A program made the position numbers and the translations under genes. The notes below the pieces were generated by a model. That model did not search any database, was not told the DNA's origin, and saw only the letters and a program-made list of their open reading frames with translations. 64,000 bases of DNA from an uncultured Solirubrobacteraceae bacterium (lineage in GTDB: Bacteria; Actinomycetota; Thermoleophilia; Solirubrobacterales; Solirubrobacteraceae): NCBI GenBank assembly GCA_963723265.1, contig CAVRPY010000004.1:167063-231062 (forward strand), read 5' to 3'. Positions 14,362 through 22,148 of the stretch are shown one piece after another. Position 1 is the stretch's first letter, and every line of letters begins with the position of its first letter.

Positions 14362-15846
14362 ATGGCCACCGCAGCGCCCACCGAGCGGGCGGCGCCGGCC
14401 ACGATGGCTCGCTGGCTGCCCGCCGTGGTGACGATCGTGGGCGTTGCCGTCGTGATGTACCTGGTCTACGACCCCTGGTACCTGAACTACGACGCCCGCT
14501 ACGCGCTGCTGTGGGCGCACGACCTGTGGCACGGCTTCACGCCCGAGTACACCGCCGACTTCGCGCCCACGCCGCACCCGCTGGAGATGGTCATCGGCTC
14601 GCTCGCGCTGCCCTTCGGCGACGGCGCCGACCGGGCGATGGTGTGGGTCGTGCTGCTCAGCTTCGGCGCGCTCGTGTGGCTGTCGTTCCGCCTGGGCGCC
14701 GAGCTGTTCGGGACCTGGGCCGGCGTGGTGGTGGCGCTGGTCATCGTGAGCCGCCCGGCGCTCCAGCGCGACACGATCCTCACCTACCAGGACCTGCCCT
14801 TCGAGGCGCTGATCGTCGGGGCCGTCCTGCTGGAGGCCACCCGCCCCAAGCGCGGCTGGCCGGTGCTCGTCGTGCTCGCCGTGGCGGGGCTGCTGCGTCC
14901 CGAGGCGTGGGTGCTGTCGATCGCCTACGTGGTGTGGCTGTGGTACGGCAGCGGCGCGTCGCCCGGACAGGTCGCGCGCTGGCTGGCGCTCGCGCTGGCC
15001 GCGCCGGTCATCTGGGCCGGCTCGGACTGGGCCATCACCGGCCATCCGCTGCACTCGCTGACGGGCACCGCCGACCTGGCCGTCACCAACGACCGCCGCC
15101 GCTCGATCACCGACGTGCCCTACTCCGGCGCGGCCTACCTGTTCGCCGCCCTGCGCGAGCCGCTGGTGCTCGGCGTGCCGATCGGCATGGCCTTCGCCTG
15201 GATGTTCCGCCGCCGCCAGGGGCTGCTCGTGCTCGCCGTCGCGGTGCTGATGCTCGCGGTCTTCGCGGTCGGGCCGCTGTTCGGGCTGCCGCTGATCAAC
15301 CGATACGTGCGCAGCCCGGCGATCCTGCTGGCCACCTTCTACGGGGCCGCGGTGTTCGGCTGGCGGCTGATCGACCGCGACAGCGTCTGGCGGCGGCGCT
15401 GGCTGTGGATCGGCGTGTTCGCCGCCGCGCTGTCGATCGCCTTCATCCCCAAGCAGATCAGCATGCTGCGCAACACCCAGCACGTGATGGAGCGCGACGC
15501 GCACCTGTACCGCGACCTGCGCACGGCCGCCCGGGCGCCCGTCGTGCGGCGCGCCTTCGCCGCCTGCCAGCCGATCTCGACCGCCGACCACCGGCCGATC
15601 CCCTACTTCCGCTGGTGGATCGACGGCCCGCCCGGCAGCGTCGGCACGGTGCGCCTGCACGCCAGCCCGCTGGGCCAGCTGTTCCTGCAGCCGCGCCGCA
15701 CGTTCTTCGCCAAGCGCTTCTACCGCAAGAACTTCCCACCCGCGCACGCCCCGAGCACCTACACGACGATCTACAAGAACCGCTCGTACCGCATCTCCGC
15801 CTCGCCGGCCTGCCTGGCCAGGCTGCGGGCGGGCACGTCGCGCTAG
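14362..15846 (+). CDS. Polytopic membrane protein, GT-C-like (lipid-linked donor glycosyltransferase?)
   Basis: About 10 hydrophobic segments; NYDA after TM1, PHPL and LLRPEAW motifs; sits in a glycan locus. Confidence 0.55.
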   Translation: MATAAPTERAAPATMARWLPAVVTIVGVAVVMYLVYDPWYLNYDARYALLWAHDLWHGFTPEYTADFAPTPHPLEMVIGSLALPFGDGADRAMVWVVLLSFGALVWLSFRLGAELFGTWAGVVVALVIVSRPALQRDTILTYQDLPFEALIVGAVLLEATRPKRGWPVLVVLAVAGLLRPEAWVLSIAYVVWLWYGSGASPGQVARWLALALAAPVIWAGSDWAITGHPLHSLTGTADLAVTNDRRRSITDVPYSGAAYLFAALREPLVLGVPIGMAFAWMFRRRQGLLVLAVAVLMLAVFAVGPLFGLPLINRYVRSPAILLATFYGAAVFGWRLIDRDSVWRRRWLWIGVFAAALSIAFIPKQISMLRNTQHVMERDAHLYRDLRTAARAPVVRRAFAACQPISTADHRPIPYFRWWIDGPPGSVGTVRLHASPLGQLFLQPRRTFFAKRFYRKNFPPAHAPSTYTTIYKNRSYRISASPACLARLRAGTSR

Positions 15847-16670
15847 ATGTCCTCCTCGGAGGCCTCGTCCTCCTCGGAGACCTTCATGAACTCCCGGTAG
15901 GCGGGGATCACCTCGTCGGGCGGCCCGTAGCCGCGCATCTCGCCCCGATCCAGCCACAGCACCTCATCGGCCAGCCGGCGCATCGCGCGCATGCCGTGGC
16001 TGACGAGCACGATCGTATGGGCGGTCTCGCACAGCTCGCGCATCTTGGCGAACGACTTCTGCTTGAAGTGCGCGTCGCCGACCGACAGCGCCTCGTCGAT
16101 GAGCAGGATGTCGGGCTCCATGTTCACCGCCACCGAGAAGGCCAGCCGCCCGTACATGCCCGCCGAGTAGGTGCGCATCGGCATGTCCATGTACTCCGCC
16201 AGCTCGGCGAACTCGACGATCTCGTCGTACTTCTCCTCCAGCTGCTCGGGGCGCAGACCCGCGGCCAGCCCGCCCAGCATCACGTTCTGGCGCCCGGTGA
16301 GCTTGCGGTCGAAGCCGACGCCGAGCGCCAGCAGCGTCGACACGCGGCCGTGCACCTCGATGCGCCCGGTGGTCGGCGGCAGGATGCCGGCCATCGCGCG
16401 CACGAGCGTCGACTTGCCGGCGCCGTTGGCGCCGATCACGCCCAGGACGGTGCCGCGCGGGACCTCGAAGGAGACGTCGCGCACGGCCCGCACGCGCTTC
16501 TGCACCTTCTTGCGCCGGCGCAGGCGCGACATCGTGCCGATCAGCGTCGGCGTGCCCGACACCGCCGACTGGTAGGTGATCGAGACGCCCTCGACCTTGA
16601 TCGAGGTCGGCCGCGCCTGGGATGCGGCGCCGGGGGCGGCGGCGACGTCAGAGGCGGACAGCGAAATCAC
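15843..16670 (-). CDS. Polysaccharide/teichoic acid ABC exporter ATPase (Wzt/TagH-like)
   Basis: GANGAGKST, YSAGMYGRLAFS, ILLIDEALSVGD, VSH. Confidence 0.92.
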   Translation of the reverse strand: MISLSASDVAAAPGAASQARPTSIKVEGVSITYQSAVSGTPTLIGTMSRLRRRKKVQKRVRAVRDVSFEVPRGTVLGVIGANGAGKSTLVRAMAGILPPTTGRIEVHGRVSTLLALGVGFDRKLTGRQNVMLGGLAAGLRPEQLEEKYDEIVEFAELAEYMDMPMRTYSAGMYGRLAFSVAVNMEPDILLIDEALSVGDAHFKQKSFAKMRELCETAHTIVLVSHGMRAMRRLADEVLWLDRGEMRGYGPPDEVIPAYREFMKVSEEDEASEEDI

Positions 16671-17556
16671 GCTCCCGGGAGGCGAAGAACAGGAAGCCCG
16701 CCACCAGCGCGATCACGCCGTAGACGGCGCCCAGGACCAGCCAGGTCCCGCCGGGCATGATGCCCTCGGTGAGCGCCTCGTTCCAGGCGGTCAGCGGCGG
16801 GCCCATCGGGTTGGCCCACAGCAGCCACTCGTAGCCATGGGGCACCTTGTCGGCGTACCACAGCACCGGGGACATGTAGAGCCACACACGCATCAGGTAG
16901 GGCAGGAACTCCTTGATGTCGCGGAAGTAGACCTGCAGCGCGGCCATGAACAGCGACACGCCGGTGGCGAAGGCGACGATCTCGACGAAGATCACCACCG
17001 CCCACAGGGTGTTGACGTTGACCGGCAGGCCCTGGGCGGTGTGGATGACCGCGTACAGGACCATCATCGGCCCGAAGCGCACGATCGAGGTGATCACGTC
17101 GCTGAGCGGCAGCAGCGCGCGCGGGAAGGCCGTGTTGAGGATCAGCTTGCCGCCGCCGGTGACCGAGGCGGCCGAGCGGCGCACCGCGTCAGCGAACAGC
17201 TGGTAGGCGAAGATCCCGCCCAGCAGGTGGGTGAAGAAGCCGGGCGGGTGCTGCCCGCCGCGCAGGATGTCGACCAGGATGAAGTACACGCCGCCCAGGC
17301 ACAGCGGCCCGAGCAGCAGCCAGGTCATGCCGAAGACGGTGCCGTAGTGCTGGGCGCGCAGGCGCATGCGGGCCATGGCGATGGCGAAGTGGCGCCGGCG
17401 CCACAGCTCGGCCAGGTAGGGCCCGACCGGCGGGACGCTCGTGCGGTGCGGCTCGTAGACGTTGAGCTCGGGCGTGTAGGCGTCCGCCCAGCCGTCGGCG
17501 ATGGCGGCCGGGTTCTCCTGGGGCGGCGGGTCGTGCTTGACCGTCTCGGTCGACAT
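16648..17556 (-). CDS. Polysaccharide/teichoic acid ABC exporter permease (Wzm/TagG-like)
   Basis: G..W.LL.P, FPR..LP, YFRD, SPVLW, NP motifs; about 6 TM segments. Confidence 0.9.
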   Translation of the reverse strand: MSTETVKHDPPPQENPAAIADGWADAYTPELNVYEPHRTSVPPVGPYLAELWRRRHFAIAMARMRLRAQHYGTVFGMTWLLLGPLCLGGVYFILVDILRGGQHPPGFFTHLLGGIFAYQLFADAVRRSAASVTGGGKLILNTAFPRALLPLSDVITSIVRFGPMMVLYAVIHTAQGLPVNVNTLWAVVIFVEIVAFATGVSLFMAALQVYFRDIKEFLPYLMRVWLYMSPVLWYADKVPHGYEWLLWANPMGPPLTAWNEALTEGIMPGGTWLVLGAVYGVIALVAGFLFFASRERDFAVRL

Positions 17557-17586
17557 GCGGGACTGAGGCTAGTGGTGGGACGCGGT

Positions 17587-18456
17587 TCAGATCACGGGGG
17601 GACGCCCGTCGCGGGTCATCCGCCACAACGTTGACGGCTTCAGCTTGCGGGTGGGGCCGGACGGGCCGCGCATCCCATCGGCGTACCCGTGCAGCGCGGC
17701 GCCCAGCAGCCGCGCCCGCGCCAGGCCGATGGCGCTGCGGGCCAGGAAGCTGAGCACGAACAGCAGGCCGAGCGGCAGCGGCAGGTAGCGCCGCGCAAGC
17801 CGCACGCGGTTGCGCGCCGCGTGGTAGGCCCATTCCGGGCGCCGGGCCGCGCCCGGCGCCAGCGGCGGGTGCAGCGCGACCACGTCGGCGGCATAGTGCA
17901 CGCGGCAGCCGGCGTCCAGCACCTCCCAGGCCAGTGCCACGCCCTCGTGCATGAAGCGGAAGTCGGCCGGCCAGCCGCCCACGCGCTCGAACAGCTGGCG
18001 GCGGATGGCCACCGCCCCCTCCCACAGCACCGCGACGTCGCTGGGCCGGGTGCGATCGCCGACGCGCAGCCGCGGCACCCAGCTGCGCGACGGGACACCG
18101 GCGGCGTCCGGCTCGACACGCAGCTGCAGGGCGCCCAGGCGCGGGTCGGCGGCGAACTTCGCGGCCACCGCAGCCAGGGCGTCGGCGTCGCGCAGCGCCG
18201 CGTCGTCGTCAAGGAAGAACAGCAGCTCGCCCGCCACCGCCGGCACCCCGGCGTTGCGCCCAGCCGGGATGCCAACCGGCTCGGGCAGGGCGACGCCGTG
18301 CACGCCGGCGGGCAGGTCCTCGGGCGTCCAGCCGTTGCCGACCACCGCCACGTCGACGGTCACGCCCTCCTGTGCCTGCAGGGAGGCCAGCGCGCGGGCC
18401 AGCGCCGCGGGCCGGCCGCCCCCGCTGAGCACGACGCAGCCCAGCCGGGGCGTCAT
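17587..18456 (-). CDS. Family 2 glycosyltransferase
   Basis: GIPAGRNAG, FFLDDDA, VGGW, RNR. Confidence 0.85.
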   Translation of the reverse strand: MTPRLGCVVLSGGGRPAALARALASLQAQEGVTVDVAVVGNGWTPEDLPAGVHGVALPEPVGIPAGRNAGVPAVAGELLFFLDDDAALRDADALAAVAAKFAADPRLGALQLRVEPDAAGVPSRSWVPRLRVGDRTRPSDVAVLWEGAVAIRRQLFERVGGWPADFRFMHEGVALAWEVLDAGCRVHYAADVVALHPPLAPGAARRPEWAYHAARNRVRLARRYLPLPLGLLFVLSFLARSAIGLARARLLGAALHGYADGMRGPSGPTRKLKPSTLWRMTRDGRPPVI

Positions 18457-19241
18457 CGCAGCCGGCTGGACGAGAGGATCGTCAGCATCCGGCCCACGAC
18501 GGTGACGATCCCCGCGGCCAGCAGCACGAAGATCAGCGCCCGGGTCACGTCGAGGGTGTCGGCGATCGCGTCGCCGATCGCGGCGATCAGGGCCAGGAAC
18601 GACAGCTCCTGAGCGATGAAGACGCGGTAGAAGGGCGCCTTGGCGACCAGCGCGCGCAGCCGCGCCAGCAGCGCCTGGCGTGGGGCGGCGACCGCGCGCG
18701 AGTCCTCGGCCAGCGGCAGCCCGGCCTCGGCCCGCGCGACGACGACGAGCGCCGACTGGGCCATGATCAGCAGCGCCAGCATCGCCGCGCACAGGCCGAG
18801 CGTGGTGTACGTGCCGATGCTGTCCCAGCCGCCGTCGGCGCGAATGCCCAGGCCGACGGGCAGCGTCGCCTCGGTCAGCCAGTGGCCGACGCGGTCGAGG
18901 TAGATGCCGGCCGGCGACTTGCGGTCCAGCCAGCGGGCCAGCTCGCCGTCCGCGCAGTCCAGCGCGATCTGCAGCTGCAGCACGAGCGCTGCGGCGACGA
19001 CCGGCCAGATGCCGGGCAGGGTCAGCAGCGCGGCGGCGATCGGCCCGGTGGCGATCATCATCCACGTGGCCGCGTTGGGGCTCACGCGCAGGGCCAGCAG
19101 GACGCGTGTCAGGTACGGCGACAGGCGGCGCATGTACAGCCGCCCGATCCAGTGCTCGCCGCTGTTGCGCGCGAAGATCGCGTCCGGCTGGGTGACCGCG
19201 CGCAGCTCAGCGATCGAGGGCCGCCGCGAACGCGTCGACAC
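18453..19241 (-). CDS. CDP-alcohol phosphatidyltransferase family protein
   Basis: SPNAAT and signature DCADGELAR...GIYLDRVGH. Confidence 0.9.
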   Translation of the reverse strand: MSTRSRRPSIAELRAVTQPDAIFARNSGEHWIGRLYMRRLSPYLTRVLLALRVSPNAATWMMIATGPIAAALLTLPGIWPVVAAALVLQLQIALDCADGELARWLDRKSPAGIYLDRVGHWLTEATLPVGLGIRADGGWDSIGTYTTLGLCAAMLALLIMAQSALVVVARAEAGLPLAEDSRAVAAPRQALLARLRALVAKAPFYRVFIAQELSFLALIAAIGDAIADTLDVTRALIFVLLAAGIVTVVGRMLTILSSSRLR

Positions 19242-20265
19242 GGGCGCTCACCTCCCGCTCGTCGAGGTCGAGGTGCTCGAGGATCGTGTAGCGGTCCGGT
19301 CGCGTGGACGGCGCGTAGGCCACGGCGGCGGCGAACTGCTCGCGCGTGAGGTCGAGATCCTCGGGCGTGCGCGGCAGCTGGTGACGACGCAGGCAGGCCG
19401 CCAGGTGGTCGAACAGCGGCGCGTCCCCGCGCAGGTGCGTGGCGAACAGCGCGCCGACGCCGGCCAGCTCGCCGTGGGCGGCGGTGCCGGGATGCAGGTG
19501 GTCGATGGCGTGGACGATCTCGTGGTCGGCGCCTGAGCAGGGCCGGCTGGAGCCCGCGACCGCCATCGCCAGCCCGCCCAGGACCAGCGCATCGGCCAGC
19601 GCGTACAGGAACGCGTCGTCGTCGATCGTGTCGGTGCGATCGATGACCGCCATCGCCCCGGTGCGCGCGAAGGTGACGGCCAGGCCGTCGAGCGCCTCGC
19701 CGCGCTCACGGGCGGCCAGCTCCCAGTCGGCGATGGCCGACAGGTTGGAGACCGCGTCGCCGATGCCCGAGCGGCGCAGCTCGGGCGCCGATGCGCGCAC
19801 GTAGTCGAGGTCGACGACCACCGCGATCGGCATCTGCACGCCGAAGCTGAGCTTGCGTCCGCCCTCGCTCAGCGATGCGACCGGCGAGGCCAGCCCGTCG
19901 TGGGCCAGGCTCGTGGCCACCGCGACCATCGGCAGACCGCCGAGCGATGCGGCGTACTTGGACACGTCGATGACCCTGCCGCCGCCGATGCCGACGATGG
20001 CGTCGTAGAAGCCGCCACGCAGCGTGCGGGCCAGGTCGCTGGCCGCCTGAACCGACCCGTCGGCCACGTGCAGGATGTCGGCGTTGGCCAGCTGCGGGCG
20101 CAGCACCTCGGCGATCTGCTCGCCCTGTCCCGGGCCGACGGCGACGGCGACATGGCCGCCGGCGGAGATGCGCCGGTCGACCAGCAGCGGCGCCAGCGCG
20201 GCGATCGCGCCCGGGCCGATGTCGATGGCCAGCGGTGCGCCGATCATGCGCGCTAGCAGCGGCAT
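19207..20265 (-). CDS. sn-glycerol-1-phosphate dehydrogenase-like (EgsA/AraM; metal-dependent ADH fold)
   Basis: GIGGGRVIDVSKY, TSLAHDGLASP, SGIGD...SA..DW, SSRPCSGADH...HA, HGE. Confidence 0.8.
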   Translation of the reverse strand: MPLLARMIGAPLAIDIGPGAIAALAPLLVDRRISAGGHVAVAVGPGQGEQIAEVLRPQLANADILHVADGSVQAASDLARTLRGGFYDAIVGIGGGRVIDVSKYAASLGGLPMVAVATSLAHDGLASPVASLSEGGRKLSFGVQMPIAVVVDLDYVRASAPELRRSGIGDAVSNLSAIADWELAARERGEALDGLAVTFARTGAMAVIDRTDTIDDDAFLYALADALVLGGLAMAVAGSSRPCSGADHEIVHAIDHLHPGTAAHGELAGVGALFATHLRGDAPLFDHLAACLRRHQLPRTPEDLDLTREQFAAAVAYAPSTRPDRYTILEHLDLDEREVSARVDAFAAALDR

Positions 20266-20987
20266 GCCACCTCCCGGGCCCGCGCCAGGTCGGCGTGGTC
20301 GTCGACCTCGACCCACTCGACCGCGCCGATCGTCGCGCCGAGCACCTTGCCGCCGCGGTCGGCCAGCTCCTGGAAGCCGTCCTCGTAGTAGTCCTGCGGG
20401 TTGCGCTCGAAGGTCGCCTGCAGGGCGTCGGCCAGGGCGTGCGCGGCGTGGGGCTCGATCAGCGTCACGCCGATGTACTCGCCGGCGGCCTGCGCGGGCT
20501 CCATCCGCTTGGTGATGCGCGTCAGGTGCCCGTCGCCGTCCAGCTGGACCTTCATCTCCTCCTCGGCCATCGCCTTGACCGCGTCGACGGCGATCACCAG
20601 GTCGTGGCCGTCGCGGGCGGCCAGCAGCGTGCGCTGCACCGACGCGGGATGGACGGTGTCCCCGTTGGCCATCAGCACGCCGCGGGCGAAGTGCTCACGC
20701 GCGCACCACAGCGAGTAGGCGTTGTTCCACTCCAACGCCTTGGGATTGAACAGCAGCTCGATGCGCAGGCCGTGGTCGCGCTCCAGCGCCGCCCGACGGT
20801 CGGCGAGCACGTCGTGGCGGTAGCCGGTGACGATCACCACCTCGTCGAGGCCAACCGCGCGCATGTTGCCCAGCGCGACGTCGAGGATGGTGCGCTCGCC
20901 GTCGACGGCCAGCAGCGTCTTGGGCAGCTCGTCGGTCAGCGGGGCCAGCCGACTGCCCCAGCCGGCGGCGAGGACCATCCCGATCAT
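20253..20987 (-). CDS. Sugar-phosphate/phosphocholine cytidylyltransferase family (NTP_transf)
   Basis: LAAGWGSRL...PKTLL, NNAYSL, NGD, EEEMK, GEYIG, WVEVDD. Confidence 0.85.
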   Translation of the reverse strand: MIGMVLAAGWGSRLAPLTDELPKTLLAVDGERTILDVALGNMRAVGLDEVVIVTGYRHDVLADRRAALERDHGLRIELLFNPKALEWNNAYSLWCAREHFARGVLMANGDTVHPASVQRTLLAARDGHDLVIAVDAVKAMAEEEMKVQLDGDGHLTRITKRMEPAQAAGEYIGVTLIEPHAAHALADALQATFERNPQDYYEDGFQELADRGGKVLGATIGAVEWVEVDDHADLARAREVACRC

Positions 20988-22093
20988 GCGGCGGCGGCCT
21001 CCAGGCGGTGGGCGTGGACGGACTCCGCCACGAGCGGGACGGCGATCACGGCGGCGAGCACGTACAGCCCGGTCGGCGCCGTGGCGGCGGCGACGAGGAT
21101 CGCGGCGGCGATCACCCGCCCCTGCCAGCCCAGCGACACGAACCCCGTCCACGCGGGGGGCGGGCCGGACCGGTAGATGAGGTCGTACTGCCGGTACGCG
21201 CCGGCGGCGATGAGCGCGAACGCCCCCGCGACCGCGCTGCCCCCCGCGATCGACACGAAGGTCAGGATCGCGCCGTACTCGACGACGCGCAGCAGCGGCG
21301 GGACGAACCACGGGACGGGCAGCCGGCGCAGCAGCGGCGCGAAGGGGCCGTCGTCGCGGTAGCGGCGCAGCAGCTGCTCCGGCGTCGCACCGCGACCGCG
21401 GGCCAGCCGGCCGGCGACCCCGTACAGGCCGGCGACGCCGCCCCACGCGAGCAGGACGACGAACGTGGTGTGCGCCGACCAGATCGCCGCGGTGATCGAG
21501 ATCGCCGCGAAGCGCTCGCCGATCGGGAAGACGATCATCCGCTTCACCCACGACAGCGGTCCGCTGTCATGGCGCCGCGCGACCGCGAGCACGCCGGACG
21601 CCTGGGCGTCGTGGGTCCCCGAGAACGAGAAGTCCATCGTGTGGCGCGCGGTCTGCAGCCCCATCGCCGCGCCGGCCAGCAGCCAGATGCCATCCCCGCC
21701 GGCGGCCGCGCCGATAGCCAGTCCGGCGTAGACGAGGTACTCCTTGGTGCGGTCGAAGACGGCGTCCAACCAGCCGCCCAGCGGCGAGAACGTCTGCGTG
21801 TACCGGGCCAGCTGGCCGTCGACGCAGTCCAGCAGGAACGCGGCCTGCAGCAGGACCGCGCCGGCGATCAGCCCCCAGCGCTCGCCGGTCGCGAAGGCGG
21901 CGGCGGCCAGCACGCCGACCAGCATCGAGGCGACGGTCACCTGGTTGGGCGAGAGGCCGCGGCGGGCGGCCCACCGCACCACATGGGGCGAGTAGGAGCT
22001 GACGAAGAACGTGGTGAAGAAGCCGTCGTCGGCCTTCACGGCCGCGCGCAGGCGGGCGTCGTCGTCGGGCGTCGGTGGCGCAGGTCGGGGCAT
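20984..22093 (-). CDS. CDP-alcohol phosphotransferase with extra C-terminal membrane domain
   Basis: SPNQVT, DCVDGQLAR...GGWLDAVFDR; additional hydrophobic C-terminal domain (YRDDG...RVVEY). Confidence 0.85.
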   Translation of the reverse strand: MPRPAPPTPDDDARLRAAVKADDGFFTTFFVSSYSPHVVRWAARRGLSPNQVTVASMLVGVLAAAAFATGERWGLIAGAVLLQAAFLLDCVDGQLARYTQTFSPLGGWLDAVFDRTKEYLVYAGLAIGAAAGGDGIWLLAGAAMGLQTARHTMDFSFSGTHDAQASGVLAVARRHDSGPLSWVKRMIVFPIGERFAAISITAAIWSAHTTFVVLLAWGGVAGLYGVAGRLARGRGATPEQLLRRYRDDGPFAPLLRRLPVPWFVPPLLRVVEYGAILTFVSIAGGSAVAGAFALIAAGAYRQYDLIYRSGPPPAWTGFVSLGWQGRVIAAAILVAAATAPTGLYVLAAVIAVPLVAESVHAHRLEAAAA

Positions 22094-22148
22094 CGGCGGC
22101 GGCGCGCGGAGGCTACTGCGCGGGCCCGACCCGACCGGCCGCGGGGGC

